From an uncultured Chitinophaga sp. (GTDB taxonomy: Bacteria; Bacteroidota; Bacteroidia; 2-12-FULL-35-15): DNA of 64,000 nt. The stretch spans positions 100,179 through 164,178 of the forward strand of contig CAYWAV010000001.1 in NCBI GenBank assembly GCA_964456225.1, in the 5' to 3' direction. Of the stretch, positions 27,888 to 35,053 are shown in pieces. A program made the translations under genes and the position numbers. Below the pieces are notes generated by a model. That model worked only from the letters and a program-made list of their open reading frames with translations, searched no databases and was not told where the DNA came from. Positions within the stretch are counted from its first letter, which is position 1. Every line of letters begins with the position of its first letter.

Positions 27888-28046
27888 ATGAAACAGAAAA
27901 TAAAAAAGCTGGAATATGTAAAAAGCACTACAGCCAAATTGATTAAGGTGCAATTGGATTATAGAACTGTAATTTCAATATCCAATATAGAAAAGTTGAA
28001 AGCATGGTTACCCCGATATCCTGAAGCAAAAGTGATTACTGCTTAA
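27888..28046 (+). CDS. Unannotated 52-aa small protein, paralog of 12834..12986
   Basis: ATG..TAA ORF encoding MKQKIKKLEYVKSTTAKLIKVQLDYRTVISISNIEKLKAWLPRYPEAKVITA. Shares Q-[IL]-D-x-R-T-x-I ... LKAW..[KR]YP[DE]AK[LV]I with the other copy. Confidence 0.65.
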   Translation: MKQKIKKLEYVKSTTAKLIKVQLDYRTVISISNIEKLKAWLPRYPEAKVITA

Positions 28047-28164
28047 TAATACCGATAGGGCAGTTGTAATAGTATGATTTCAACAGCCTAAAACAATTGC
28101 GGCATTGGCATTACTCAGAAGCATATTAGTATAATTTATCCCAAATTATTCATTAGAAAAGCTA

Positions 28165-28314
28165 ATGAATAATCGATGTAAGAAAATCAATCCTTTCGTG
28201 GCACAAAAAACTGCACCCGAAAGGTTATTTTGTAAATCGGGATTAATCCACCTAATGCAAGCAGCGCAACAAGTTCATTGCCTTCTATGCATAAGTTGGG
28301 TTTATAATAGATAA
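28165..28314 (+). CDS. Possible 49-aa Cys-containing small ORF (weak)
   Basis: ATG..TAA ORF encoding MNNRCKKINPFVAQKTAPERLFCKSGLIHLMQAAQQVHCLLCISWVYNR. Its ATG lies inside a 9-bp inverted repeat (attcattag/ctaatgaat), so an RNA structure is an alternative reading. Confidence 0.25.
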   Translation: MNNRCKKINPFVAQKTAPERLFCKSGLIHLMQAAQQVHCLLCISWVYNR

Positions 28315-28329
28315 TTGTAAAACAATCCT

Positions 28330-28494
28330 ATGAAACAACAAGCACCAGAAATATTAAGAGAAACAGATGTACTTGGTTTAGAAAAACCAAAAAATCAAAC
28401 AAAACCGAGGAATAGAAAAAGCAATGCCGGGTTTTTAATTTTGACCTTGATACTTTTAATGGCAATTGCAGCTGCATCTTATTACTTTAAATAA
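28330..28494 (+). CDS. Possible 54-aa tail-anchored small membrane protein
   Basis: MKQQAPEILRETDVLGLEKPKNQTKPRNRKSNAGFLILTLILLMAIAAASYYFK has a basic stretch followed by one clear TM helix. Same strand as the two preceding small ORFs. Confidence 0.4.
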   Translation: MKQQAPEILRETDVLGLEKPKNQTKPRNRKSNAGFLILTLILLMAIAAASYYFK

Positions 28495-28549
28495 ATTTGC
28501 ATCCAATTTTTAAGACAAAGTAAGTTAAAAGTCAGTCCAGTTTATGAGC

Positions 28550-29950
28550 CTACAATCCATATTCACTAATCATCCAAATCAAAGCCCCCATTGCTGCTCC
28601 ACCTAATTCAAGTTCACGTTTATTAACTGCTTCAAAAGTGTCAATTGCTGTGTGGTGAAAATCGAAATACCTTTGGGAGTCGGGCATTAATTCAAACACC
28701 GGAGTTTCTAAAGCATCGCGTAAGGGGGCAATATCAGCTCCGCCACCATCATTGTCAAAATCATATACTCCATATGGTAAAAACAAGGGAGCCCAGCTTA
28801 ATAATTTTTTGCGCTGCTCCGGTTTCATTTCATTGCTGAAACCACGCGGAGAAAATCCACCGGCATCCGATTCAATAGCAGCAGTGTGTTTTTCTTTTTT
28901 AAGAACGGCCAGTTCAGCATATTTTTTTCCTCCACGTAATCCATTTTCTTCATTCATAAATGCAACAGCACGAATGGTGCGCTTGGGTTTTAATCCCAAT
29001 GCTTTATAGATGCGTAATACTTCTATGCTTTGAACTATGCCCGCTCCGTCATCATGAGCTCCTTCACCATTGTCCCATGCATCCAAATGTCCGCCAACGG
29101 TAATGATTTCATCCTTTTTTTCTGAGCCATAAATTTCTCCCACAACATTGTAAGATTTTTCTTCTGGAAGAAATTTGCAACTCATTTTCAAATAAAATTT
29201 CAACTCTTTATCTGTTTTTAAATAGCTACTTAACCAATTTGCTGCGTTTGTACTTATAGCACATGCAGGAATTTTATTCAAACTATCTTTATAACCCATT
29301 GAACCTGTATGAGGGTTGTCATCCTGCGCCATTGTAAGAGAACGAACCACCACTGCAACAGCTCCAAATTTAACAGCCTCCGAAGCACCAGCCCAACGTT
29401 GCATTACGGCTCCTCCATACGAACGAAATGTTTCGATGTTAGTTGGATCCATTGGTTTGTTGAAGAATACAATTTTACCTTCAATTTTTTCTTTGCCCAG
29501 TTTTTCTAACTCTTCAATTCCAAACACTTCAATTACCTGAGCTGTAATTCCATCAGCAGGAGTGCCAACCGAATTTCCTAATGCACAAATAGGAACTTCT
29601 TTAATTCCTTTTCCGCCTGTTGAAATAACTTTTCCAACTTCTTTTTCGCCACGTACCCAATGTGGAACCATGCATTCTTGTAAATAAACAGTGTCGGCTC
29701 CCGCTTCTTTCATGGTTTTGAAAGTCCATTCTACCGCTTGTTGTGCTTGTGGAGAACCTGCTAGTCGACCGCCAATTTTTTTACACAAGTAGTTTAGATT
29801 GGAATAACTTTTTCCATTCGTTAAAGCTTCGTTGTATATTTTTTTGAAAATGGCAGAATCGGTTTGAGAATAACCATTTGTTGCAAATAGCAAAAGAATT
29901 GAGAGCGTAATTGTACTTTTCATTTTGCATGTTTTTATTTCAAATTTCAT
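28550..29950 (-). CDS. M28 family metallopeptidase (aminopeptidase with PA-like insert)
   Basis: 466 aa with a signal peptide and zinc-ligand block GGHLDAWDNGEGAHDDGAG ... FMNEENG. Confidence 0.85.
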   Translation of the reverse strand: MKFEIKTCKMKSTITLSILLLFATNGYSQTDSAIFKKIYNEALTNGKSYSNLNYLCKKIGGRLAGSPQAQQAVEWTFKTMKEAGADTVYLQECMVPHWVRGEKEVGKVISTGGKGIKEVPICALGNSVGTPADGITAQVIEVFGIEELEKLGKEKIEGKIVFFNKPMDPTNIETFRSYGGAVMQRWAGASEAVKFGAVAVVVRSLTMAQDDNPHTGSMGYKDSLNKIPACAISTNAANWLSSYLKTDKELKFYLKMSCKFLPEEKSYNVVGEIYGSEKKDEIITVGGHLDAWDNGEGAHDDGAGIVQSIEVLRIYKALGLKPKRTIRAVAFMNEENGLRGGKKYAELAVLKKEKHTAAIESDAGGFSPRGFSNEMKPEQRKKLLSWAPLFLPYGVYDFDNDGGGADIAPLRDALETPVFELMPDSQRYFDFHHTAIDTFEAVNKRELELGGAAMGALIWMISEYGL

Positions 29951-29970
29951 ATTTCAAATTATTTAATTTG

Positions 29971-30006
29971 TTTTCAATTTTCAATTACTTAATCACCCAA
30001 TCACCT
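29971..30006. repeat. Stop-word spacer copy (inverted relative to 9565..)
   Basis: The reverse complement, aggtgattgggtgattaagtaattgaaaattgaaaa, matches gtgattgggtgactaagtaa at 9565 with one mismatch. Confidence 0.8.
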
Positions 30007-30328
30007 ATTTCAAAATTACATCATTAATAACTTCCGTTCCCACTTGATCATTCAGCATTTTTACAATCTTGGTTTTTGCTAATGACAATTCGTTTCTTAA
30101 TGCTGCAGAATCTAATGTAACAAAAAGTTGTTTGTGTTTGATGTATAAATCTTTCGTATGGTTTGCAATCATAACACCCATAACACTTTGCCAGGAAGCA
30201 ATTAGCTTTCTTTCTGCCAGTTTTTCATCGAGTTTATAAACCTTCAATAATTTATCGATGACTTCTTTTAAGCTATGTTCGTTGTGTTTACTCATCTGTT
30301 TGTTGGTATTCTTCTTAGTTCCTCGCAA
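30005..30328 (-). CDS. DUF721 (DciA-like) protein
   Basis: 107 aa, downstream of recF as is usual for DUF721 genes in Bacteroidota. Confidence 0.65.
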   Translation of the reverse strand: MRGTKKNTNKQMSKHNEHSLKEVIDKLLKVYKLDEKLAERKLIASWQSVMGVMIANHTKDLYIKHKQLFVTLDSAALRNELSLAKTKIVKMLNDQVGTEVINDVILK

Positions 30329-30399
30329 TGACGGTCCTAATATTATTTTTTGTCTATTATTTACTGTCTACTGTTTTCATTCGTAGAAACAGATTCCTT

Positions 30400-31521
30400 T
30401 TAATCTAAAATTTGAAATTTGGAATTTTCGATCACTCCATTAACAATATTAAATACCCTCACATCCACATCGCTTATTTGAAAAAGATCAGCCAATCGTG
30501 TTGGATGTGTATCTGTAATAAATAGCTGTCCAAAATTATCGCTACTCACAATTTCCATCAATTGTTTTACGCGTAAATCATCCAGTTTATCATAAATATC
30601 ATCCAACAATAAAATAGGAGTGATGCTTTTTATTTTTTTTATAAAATCGAATTGCGCTAATTTCAAAGCTATCAAAAATGATTTCTGTTGTCCTTGTGAT
30701 GCAAATTTTTTAATCGGGTATTCATTTATCAAAAATTCTAAATCATCTTTATGAATTCCAACTGTTGTATACTCAATTGCTCTGTCGCGGTTCAATGCTT
30801 TTTCCAATACATCCGTGAAAGCGTTGTCATTTAAATGAGAAATGTATTGAATGTGTACTTTTTCTTTTCCGCCCGAAATCAATTCATAATAGGTTTGAAA
30901 GATAGAAACAAAGCTATTGATAAATTTTTGCCGGCTCAAATGCACTTTTTTGCCGTGTTCAATCAATTGGACATCCCAAACTTCCAAAGAGGTTTTGTCG
31001 AATTGGCGACTGTCTCCAAATTGTTTTAACAAGGCATTTCGATGGGAAAGGACTTTGTTATAACGGATTAAGTTTTCGAGGTAATCTCTATCAAATTGAG
31101 CAATGACGCTATCAATAAATCGTCTTCTGCTTTCACTTCCTTCGGTAATAAGTTCCGAATCGGCAGGAGAAATCATCACTAGGGGATAAAGTCCGATATG
31201 GTCGGCAAGCCTTGAATATTCCTTTTTATTACGTTTAAACTGCTTTTTTTGATTGCGTTTGAGTCCGCAATAAATCTCATCGTCCTGCTCGGGCATCTCA
31301 AAAACGCCCTGAATCATGAAGAATTGGGAATCGTGAAGGATGTTTTGGCTATCTATAGGGTTAAAAAAGCTTTTACAGAAGGATAAATAATGAATAGCAT
31401 CTAAAATATTGGTCTTTCCCTCGCCATTATTGCCAGTTAGGCAGTTTATCTGTTTACTGAAGCTAAGTTCGGCTTCGGGGTAATTTTTAAAATTGAGGAC
31501 AGATAATTTCTTTAAAAACAT
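30400..31521 (-). CDS. recF: DNA replication/repair protein RecF
   Basis: Start moved to MFLKKLSVLNFKNY (ATG at 31521). Walker A GNNGEGKTNILDA, SMC-type signature region and Walker B LLLDDI. Confidence 0.9.
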   Translation of the reverse strand: MFLKKLSVLNFKNYPEAELSFSKQINCLTGNNGEGKTNILDAIHYLSFCKSFFNPIDSQNILHDSQFFMIQGVFEMPEQDDEIYCGLKRNQKKQFKRNKKEYSRLADHIGLYPLVMISPADSELITEGSESRRRFIDSVIAQFDRDYLENLIRYNKVLSHRNALLKQFGDSRQFDKTSLEVWDVQLIEHGKKVHLSRQKFINSFVSIFQTYYELISGGKEKVHIQYISHLNDNAFTDVLEKALNRDRAIEYTTVGIHKDDLEFLINEYPIKKFASQGQQKSFLIALKLAQFDFIKKIKSITPILLLDDIYDKLDDLRVKQLMEIVSSDNFGQLFITDTHPTRLADLFQISDVDVRVFNIVNGVIENSKFQILD

Positions 31522-31706
31522 GCGATTTTTGCAATAAAATAGAGCGATTTTGTTTACCGAAGCCCTTTTTGTCAAACGCAAGCAGGAAAAAGGACTCGCT
31601 GGTAAAAATAACCAAAAAACAGGCTAAAATTCAGATTGTTCAGAATTAATTATAGATATTGCAAAAAAAACTTATTTTTGCAATCCAAATTAGATTAAAT
31701 AAGATT

Positions 31707-32393
31707 ATGGCTAAAGAAATAAAAGACGAACCTATTGTTGACGTTGAACAGGCGTTTGGAAAAACCGAACTTTATATTGAACAAAATAAGAAGAGTCTTG
31801 GAATCATTCTCGGGGTAATTGTTGCTTTGGTGGGAGGATATTTTGCCTACAAATTGTGGTATGTAGAAGGTGAAGAAGTAAAAGCAAGAGCAGAAATGTT
31901 TATGGCTGAAGATTATTTCGGAAAAGACTCAGTTGATTTTGCAATGAATGGTGATGGAAAAGGTTCTATTGGATTTATTGAAATAGTTGACAATTATGGA
32001 GTTACTCCTTCTGGAAATTTAGCAGAATACTATTTGGGTATGTGTTATTTGAAAAAAGGTCAATACGAAGATGCGATTACTCACTTGGAAGAGTTTGACG
32101 GGAAAGATCAAATTGTTGCACCTTTAGCTATAGCAGGAATTGGTGATGCACACATGGAGTTAGGAAAAGTTGACGAAGCGATTACTTTTTATTTAAAAGC
32201 AGCTGAGCACAATAACAACCTTTTTGATTCTCCTATCTGTTTGAAAAAAGCAGGCTTGGCTTACGAAGAAAAACAAAATTATGCTGATGCAATCAAAATT
32301 TATGAGCGCATCAAAAACGAATATGCTGAAACGAATGAAGGCAGAGAAATGGATAAATATATTGCTCGTGCTAAAGTGCTAGGTAATCTTTAA
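31707..32393 (+). CDS. Membrane-anchored tetratricopeptide-repeat protein
   Basis: Start at MAKEIKDEP (ATG at 31707), preceded by TATTTTTG at 31673. One TM helix then TPR-like repeats. Shows the recF/ribH synteny typical of Flavobacteriia. Confidence 0.65.
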   Translation: MAKEIKDEPIVDVEQAFGKTELYIEQNKKSLGIILGVIVALVGGYFAYKLWYVEGEEVKARAEMFMAEDYFGKDSVDFAMNGDGKGSIGFIEIVDNYGVTPSGNLAEYYLGMCYLKKGQYEDAITHLEEFDGKDQIVAPLAIAGIGDAHMELGKVDEAITFYLKAAEHNNNLFDSPICLKKAGLAYEEKQNYADAIKIYERIKNEYAETNEGREMDKYIARAKVLGNL

Positions 32394-32414
32394 TAATAAA
32401 TAGATTTTTTAAGG

Positions 32415-32445
32415 AGGTGATTTTGTAAAAGAATCACCTTTTTTA
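32415..32445 (+). terminator. Rho-independent terminator
   Basis: aggtgatt-ttgtaaaag-aatcacct followed by a T6 run. Confidence 0.75.
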
Positions 32446-32574
32446 TTAAATAACATTTGCCATTTCAGGTTTCAAATTTTCCCGAAGGGATTCCTTCGGA
32501 ACAAATTCGAAACGTTTTAAGCTGAAATTTGAAATCAGCAAATCTCTATTAATAATCAAAATCATAAAAGGTAA

Positions 32575-33063
32575 ATGTCATCATCACACAAAAATCTATC
32601 GAACTTTGAAGGAAGTGAAATTCCAAATGGAGTAGGAATGCGCATTGGAATTGTTGTGGCTGAATGGAATATTGCTATCACAGGAGCTTTATTTGATGGC
32701 GCGGTACAAACCTTAGTTAAGAATGGTGTTAAAAAGGATGATATTATTATTATTACTGTTCCCGGTAGTTTCGAATTAACGATGGGCGCACAATTTATGT
32801 GTGAAGACAAAACGATTGATGGTGTGATTACTTTAGGTTGTGTAATTCAAGGTGAAACCCGCCATTTCGATTTTATTTGTGATGCAGTTGCTCATGGTGT
32901 TACCAATGTGAGTTTAAAATACAATAAGCCGGTTATTTTTGGAGTGCTTACTCCAAATACACTGGAACAAGCTCAAGACAGGGCAGGAGGGAAACATGGA
33001 AACAAAGGCGATGAAGCGGCAGTTACTGTTATGAAAATGATTGCACTTCAGAGAGGGCTGTAA
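32575..33063 (+). CDS. ribH: 6,7-dimethyl-8-ribityllumazine synthase
   Basis: 162 aa. RIGIVVAEWN..., VPGSFEL and G..T.HFD.. are lumazine synthase motifs. Confidence 0.92.
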   Translation: MSSSHKNLSNFEGSEIPNGVGMRIGIVVAEWNIAITGALFDGAVQTLVKNGVKKDDIIIITVPGSFELTMGAQFMCEDKTIDGVITLGCVIQGETRHFDFICDAVAHGVTNVSLKYNKPVIFGVLTPNTLEQAQDRAGGKHGNKGDEAAVTVMKMIALQRGL

Positions 33064-33064
33064 A

Positions 33065-33415
33065 TTACAGGATATCTTTATCTTGTTTGCTATTTACAAA
33101 CTGTTTTATATAAAAATACGCGACACAAATCATTCCTGCTACAAAAGGTATTCCGGCATAATATTTCAATTCTTCATGTGTTGCAAATTCACAAATCATC
33201 CAATAGGAGTTCGCTAAAATCCAAAAGGAAATAGCCAGATTAATCCAAAATTCATCATCCTTTTCTTTCCACGTTTTATATGTAATCATAAGTGCAACAG
33301 ACACCGTTGGAACTATCATTATTATTCCTGAAATTTTCCATTGAAGCATCCAACAGGTATCTTTTAATAACCACAATGGGATGTGCAAGTTTTCGTAGTG
33401 GCGAACTTTTCTCAT
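33065..33415 (-). CDS. Hypothetical small membrane protein
   Basis: 116 aa with 3-4 hydrophobic helices. Convergent with ribH, with 1 nt between the stop codons. Confidence 0.5.
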   Translation of the reverse strand: MRKVRHYENLHIPLWLLKDTCWMLQWKISGIIMIVPTVSVALMITYKTWKEKDDEFWINLAISFWILANSYWMICEFATHEELKYYAGIPFVAGMICVAYFYIKQFVNSKQDKDIL

Positions 33416-33540
33416 ACAACAAATGTATAAAATCTATTGATGACTGGCATGTGTAGTGTATTTACTGCAAAAAGACCTATATAGAAGCCAATTTGGAAGG
33501 AATATGTTGGTTTTTGTTTTGTGGTAGGAAATCTTTTTTT

Positions 33541-33548
33541 TACATTTG
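33541..33548 (+). promoter_or_regulatory. -7 box TACATTTG with TTTG at -33 spacing (tRNA-Ser promoter)
   Basis: TTTG at 33518-33521, a 19-nt spacer, then TACATTTG. The tRNA starts 23 nt downstream. Confidence 0.55.
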
Positions 33549-33570
33549 CATTCCTTTGAAAAAAGGAAAA

Positions 33571-33657
33571 GGAGAGATGCCTGAGTGGCCGAAAGGAACA
33601 GTTTGCTAAACTGTCGTACGGGAAACTGTACCGAGGGTTCGAATCCCTCTCTCTCCG
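33571..33657 (+). tRNA. tRNA-Ser (anticodon GCU)
   Basis: 87 nt. Acceptor GGAGAGA/TCTCTCC, anticodon loop TTGCTAA, long variable arm and T-arm GAGGG-TTCGAAT-CCCTC. Confidence 0.93.
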
Positions 33658-33675
33658 CTGACGAATGAAACAAGA

Positions 33676-33706
33676 TCCCGCTTTTCGCGGGACTTTTCTT
33701 TTTTCC
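33676..33706 (+). terminator. Terminator after tRNA-Ser
   Basis: tcccgc-ttttc-gcggga followed by cttttctttttt. Confidence 0.75.
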
Positions 33707-33927
33707 TGGAAAGACCAGAAAGCGATTTCAGCTTTCATGGGTTTGCCGGGGAATAAGAAAACAGCATTGTGAAGCAAGGCTTTGTTTCATTTTTCAAATG
33801 GGAGTCCAGGGACCAGCGAAGCTAACCCGAAAGTCTGCCCAATAAAATGCATTAGAACATAATCTCAAGCCTTTTTTGATTAATTTAGACACTATAAAAT
33901 AAATAAAATGAAAAGCACTAAAAAAAA

Positions 33928-34494
33928 TTGTCATCGGAACAACGCGCAGAACTGCTTAAAACATTAGAGATTCGTTTTGAGAAAAACATGAATCGCCATA
34001 AAGGTATTGAATGGGTAAAAGTATATGCGAAATTGGAAAAGAATGAGGAAAAGCTATGGTCACTATATGAAATGGAAACAACAGGTGGTGAGCCGGATGT
34101 TGTTAGTTTTGCTAGTAAAGGCGGGAGCCAAACAGCAGGCAGTAAGGAATATATTTTTATTGATTGCTCAGCAGAAACCCCTAAAGACAGGAGAAGTATT
34201 TGTTATGACCACCAAGCACTAGAAGCAAGAAAAGAACACAAACCTAAAAACAGTGCTATTGAAATGGCTACAGACATGGGTGTTGAAATCTTAACTGAAG
34301 AACAATACCGCGATTTGCAGAAGCTGGAAAAATTTGATACTAAAACCTCGAGTTGGGTGAAAACACCTGCTGATATTAGAAAACTTGGAGGTGCGATTTT
34401 TTGCGATTATAGATATGGTACTGTCTTTACCTATCACAATGGTGCAGAATCTTACTATGCAGGAAGGGCTTTTCGTGGTTTGTTGAAAGTATAA
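33928..34494 (+). CDS. DUF4256 domain protein
   Basis: 188 aa. ...RFEKNMNRHKGIEW...LWSLYEMETTGGEPDVV... is the typical DUF4256 pattern. TTG start immediately after an A8 run, with an out-of-frame ATG at 33908. Confidence 0.75.
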   Translation: MSSEQRAELLKTLEIRFEKNMNRHKGIEWVKVYAKLEKNEEKLWSLYEMETTGGEPDVVSFASKGGSQTAGSKEYIFIDCSAETPKDRRSICYDHQALEARKEHKPKNSAIEMATDMGVEILTEEQYRDLQKLEKFDTKTSSWVKTPADIRKLGGAIFCDYRYGTVFTYHNGAESYYAGRAFRGLLKV

Positions 34495-34637
34495 TTTTTT
34501 GAAGGTTTATACAATAAGCATCTCTGTAATTCACTAAAATGTGTAGTTCTCTGTTTTTGGGCTTTCGTTGGTAGAAGAAAAGTCTGAATCGAATAGCAAA
34601 AAAATCTTTTTTTTGTTTGCAGGAATAAAAATAATGG

Positions 34638-34645
34638 TACATTTG
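34638..34645 (+). promoter_or_regulatory. -7 box TACATTTG with TTTG at -33 spacing (tRNA-Pro promoter)
   Basis: TTTG at 34616-34619, an 18-nt spacer, then TACATTTG. The tRNA starts 32 nt downstream. Confidence 0.55.
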
Positions 34646-34676
34646 CATCCGCTTAAATAGTTCTTTTATAATAGTT

Positions 34677-34750
34677 CGGGGCGTAGCGTAGTTGGTTATC
34701 GCGCCTGGTTTGGGACCAGGAGGTCGCAAGTTCGAGTCTTGCCGCCCCGA
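34677..34750 (+). tRNA. tRNA-Pro (anticodon UGG)
   Basis: 74 nt. Acceptor CGGGGCG/CGCCCCG, anticodon stem CCTGG/CCAGG with loop TTTGGGA, and T-arm GCAAG-TTCGAGT-CTTGC. Confidence 0.92.
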
Positions 34751-34830
34751 CAAAATAGATGGTTAATGGTTATTTGTTATATCTTACTTATAGCATATTT
34801 ATCGTTAACCTTTTTTTTTCTTCAAAAATT

Positions 34831-34904
34831 GACCCCATAGCTCAGCTGGATAGAGCAACGGTTTTCTAAACCGTAGGCCTTTGGTTCGAATCCAAATGGG
34901 GTCA
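34831..34904 (+). tRNA. tRNA-Arg (anticodon UCU)
   Basis: 74 nt. Acceptor GACCCCA/TGGGGTC, D-arm GCTC-AGCTGGATA-GAGC, anticodon loop TTTCTAA and T-arm TTTGG-TTCGAAT-CCAAA. Confidence 0.92.
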
Positions 34905-34907
34905 CAC

Positions 34908-34930
34908 AGCCACAATCAGTGGCTTTTTTT
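34908..34930 (+). terminator. Terminator after tRNA-Arg
   Basis: agccac-aatca-gtggct followed by a T7 run. Confidence 0.75.
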
Positions 34931-35053
34931 ATTATCCTTTTTTGGCTATAGTTTGCCAATAAAAAAAGGGCAATTTCCCTCCTATTTTTAATGTAATTAT
35001 CATATCCGTATGCTATATTTGTAATACATTTATTCTAATAAAAAAAGCAGAAT

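Noticed and set aside
32446-32574. FMN riboswitch upstream of ribH
   Set aside because: The conserved FMN aptamer sequence blocks are not recognisable by eye. Only word-repeat palindromes are present. This needs an Infernal scan to be certain.
33412-33777. 121-aa minus-strand track ORF (and the nested 79-aa ORF at 33434..33673)
   Set aside because: It runs antisense straight through tRNA-Ser and its terminator. The peptide (..RRERDSNPRYSFPYDSLANCSFRPLRHLS..) is the typical mirror translation of a tRNA.
34427-34753. 108-aa minus-strand track ORF
   Set aside because: It begins as the antisense of tRNA-Pro (MSGRQDSNLRPPGPKPGAITNYATP) and runs into the end of the DUF4256 gene, so it is spurious.
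33658-35053. Integrated mobile element at the tRNA cluster
   Set aside because: No integrase, transposase or phage-like genes are present, and I could find no direct repeat of a tRNA 3' end. Only a small GC-richer spacer remains, reported as a low-interest finding.
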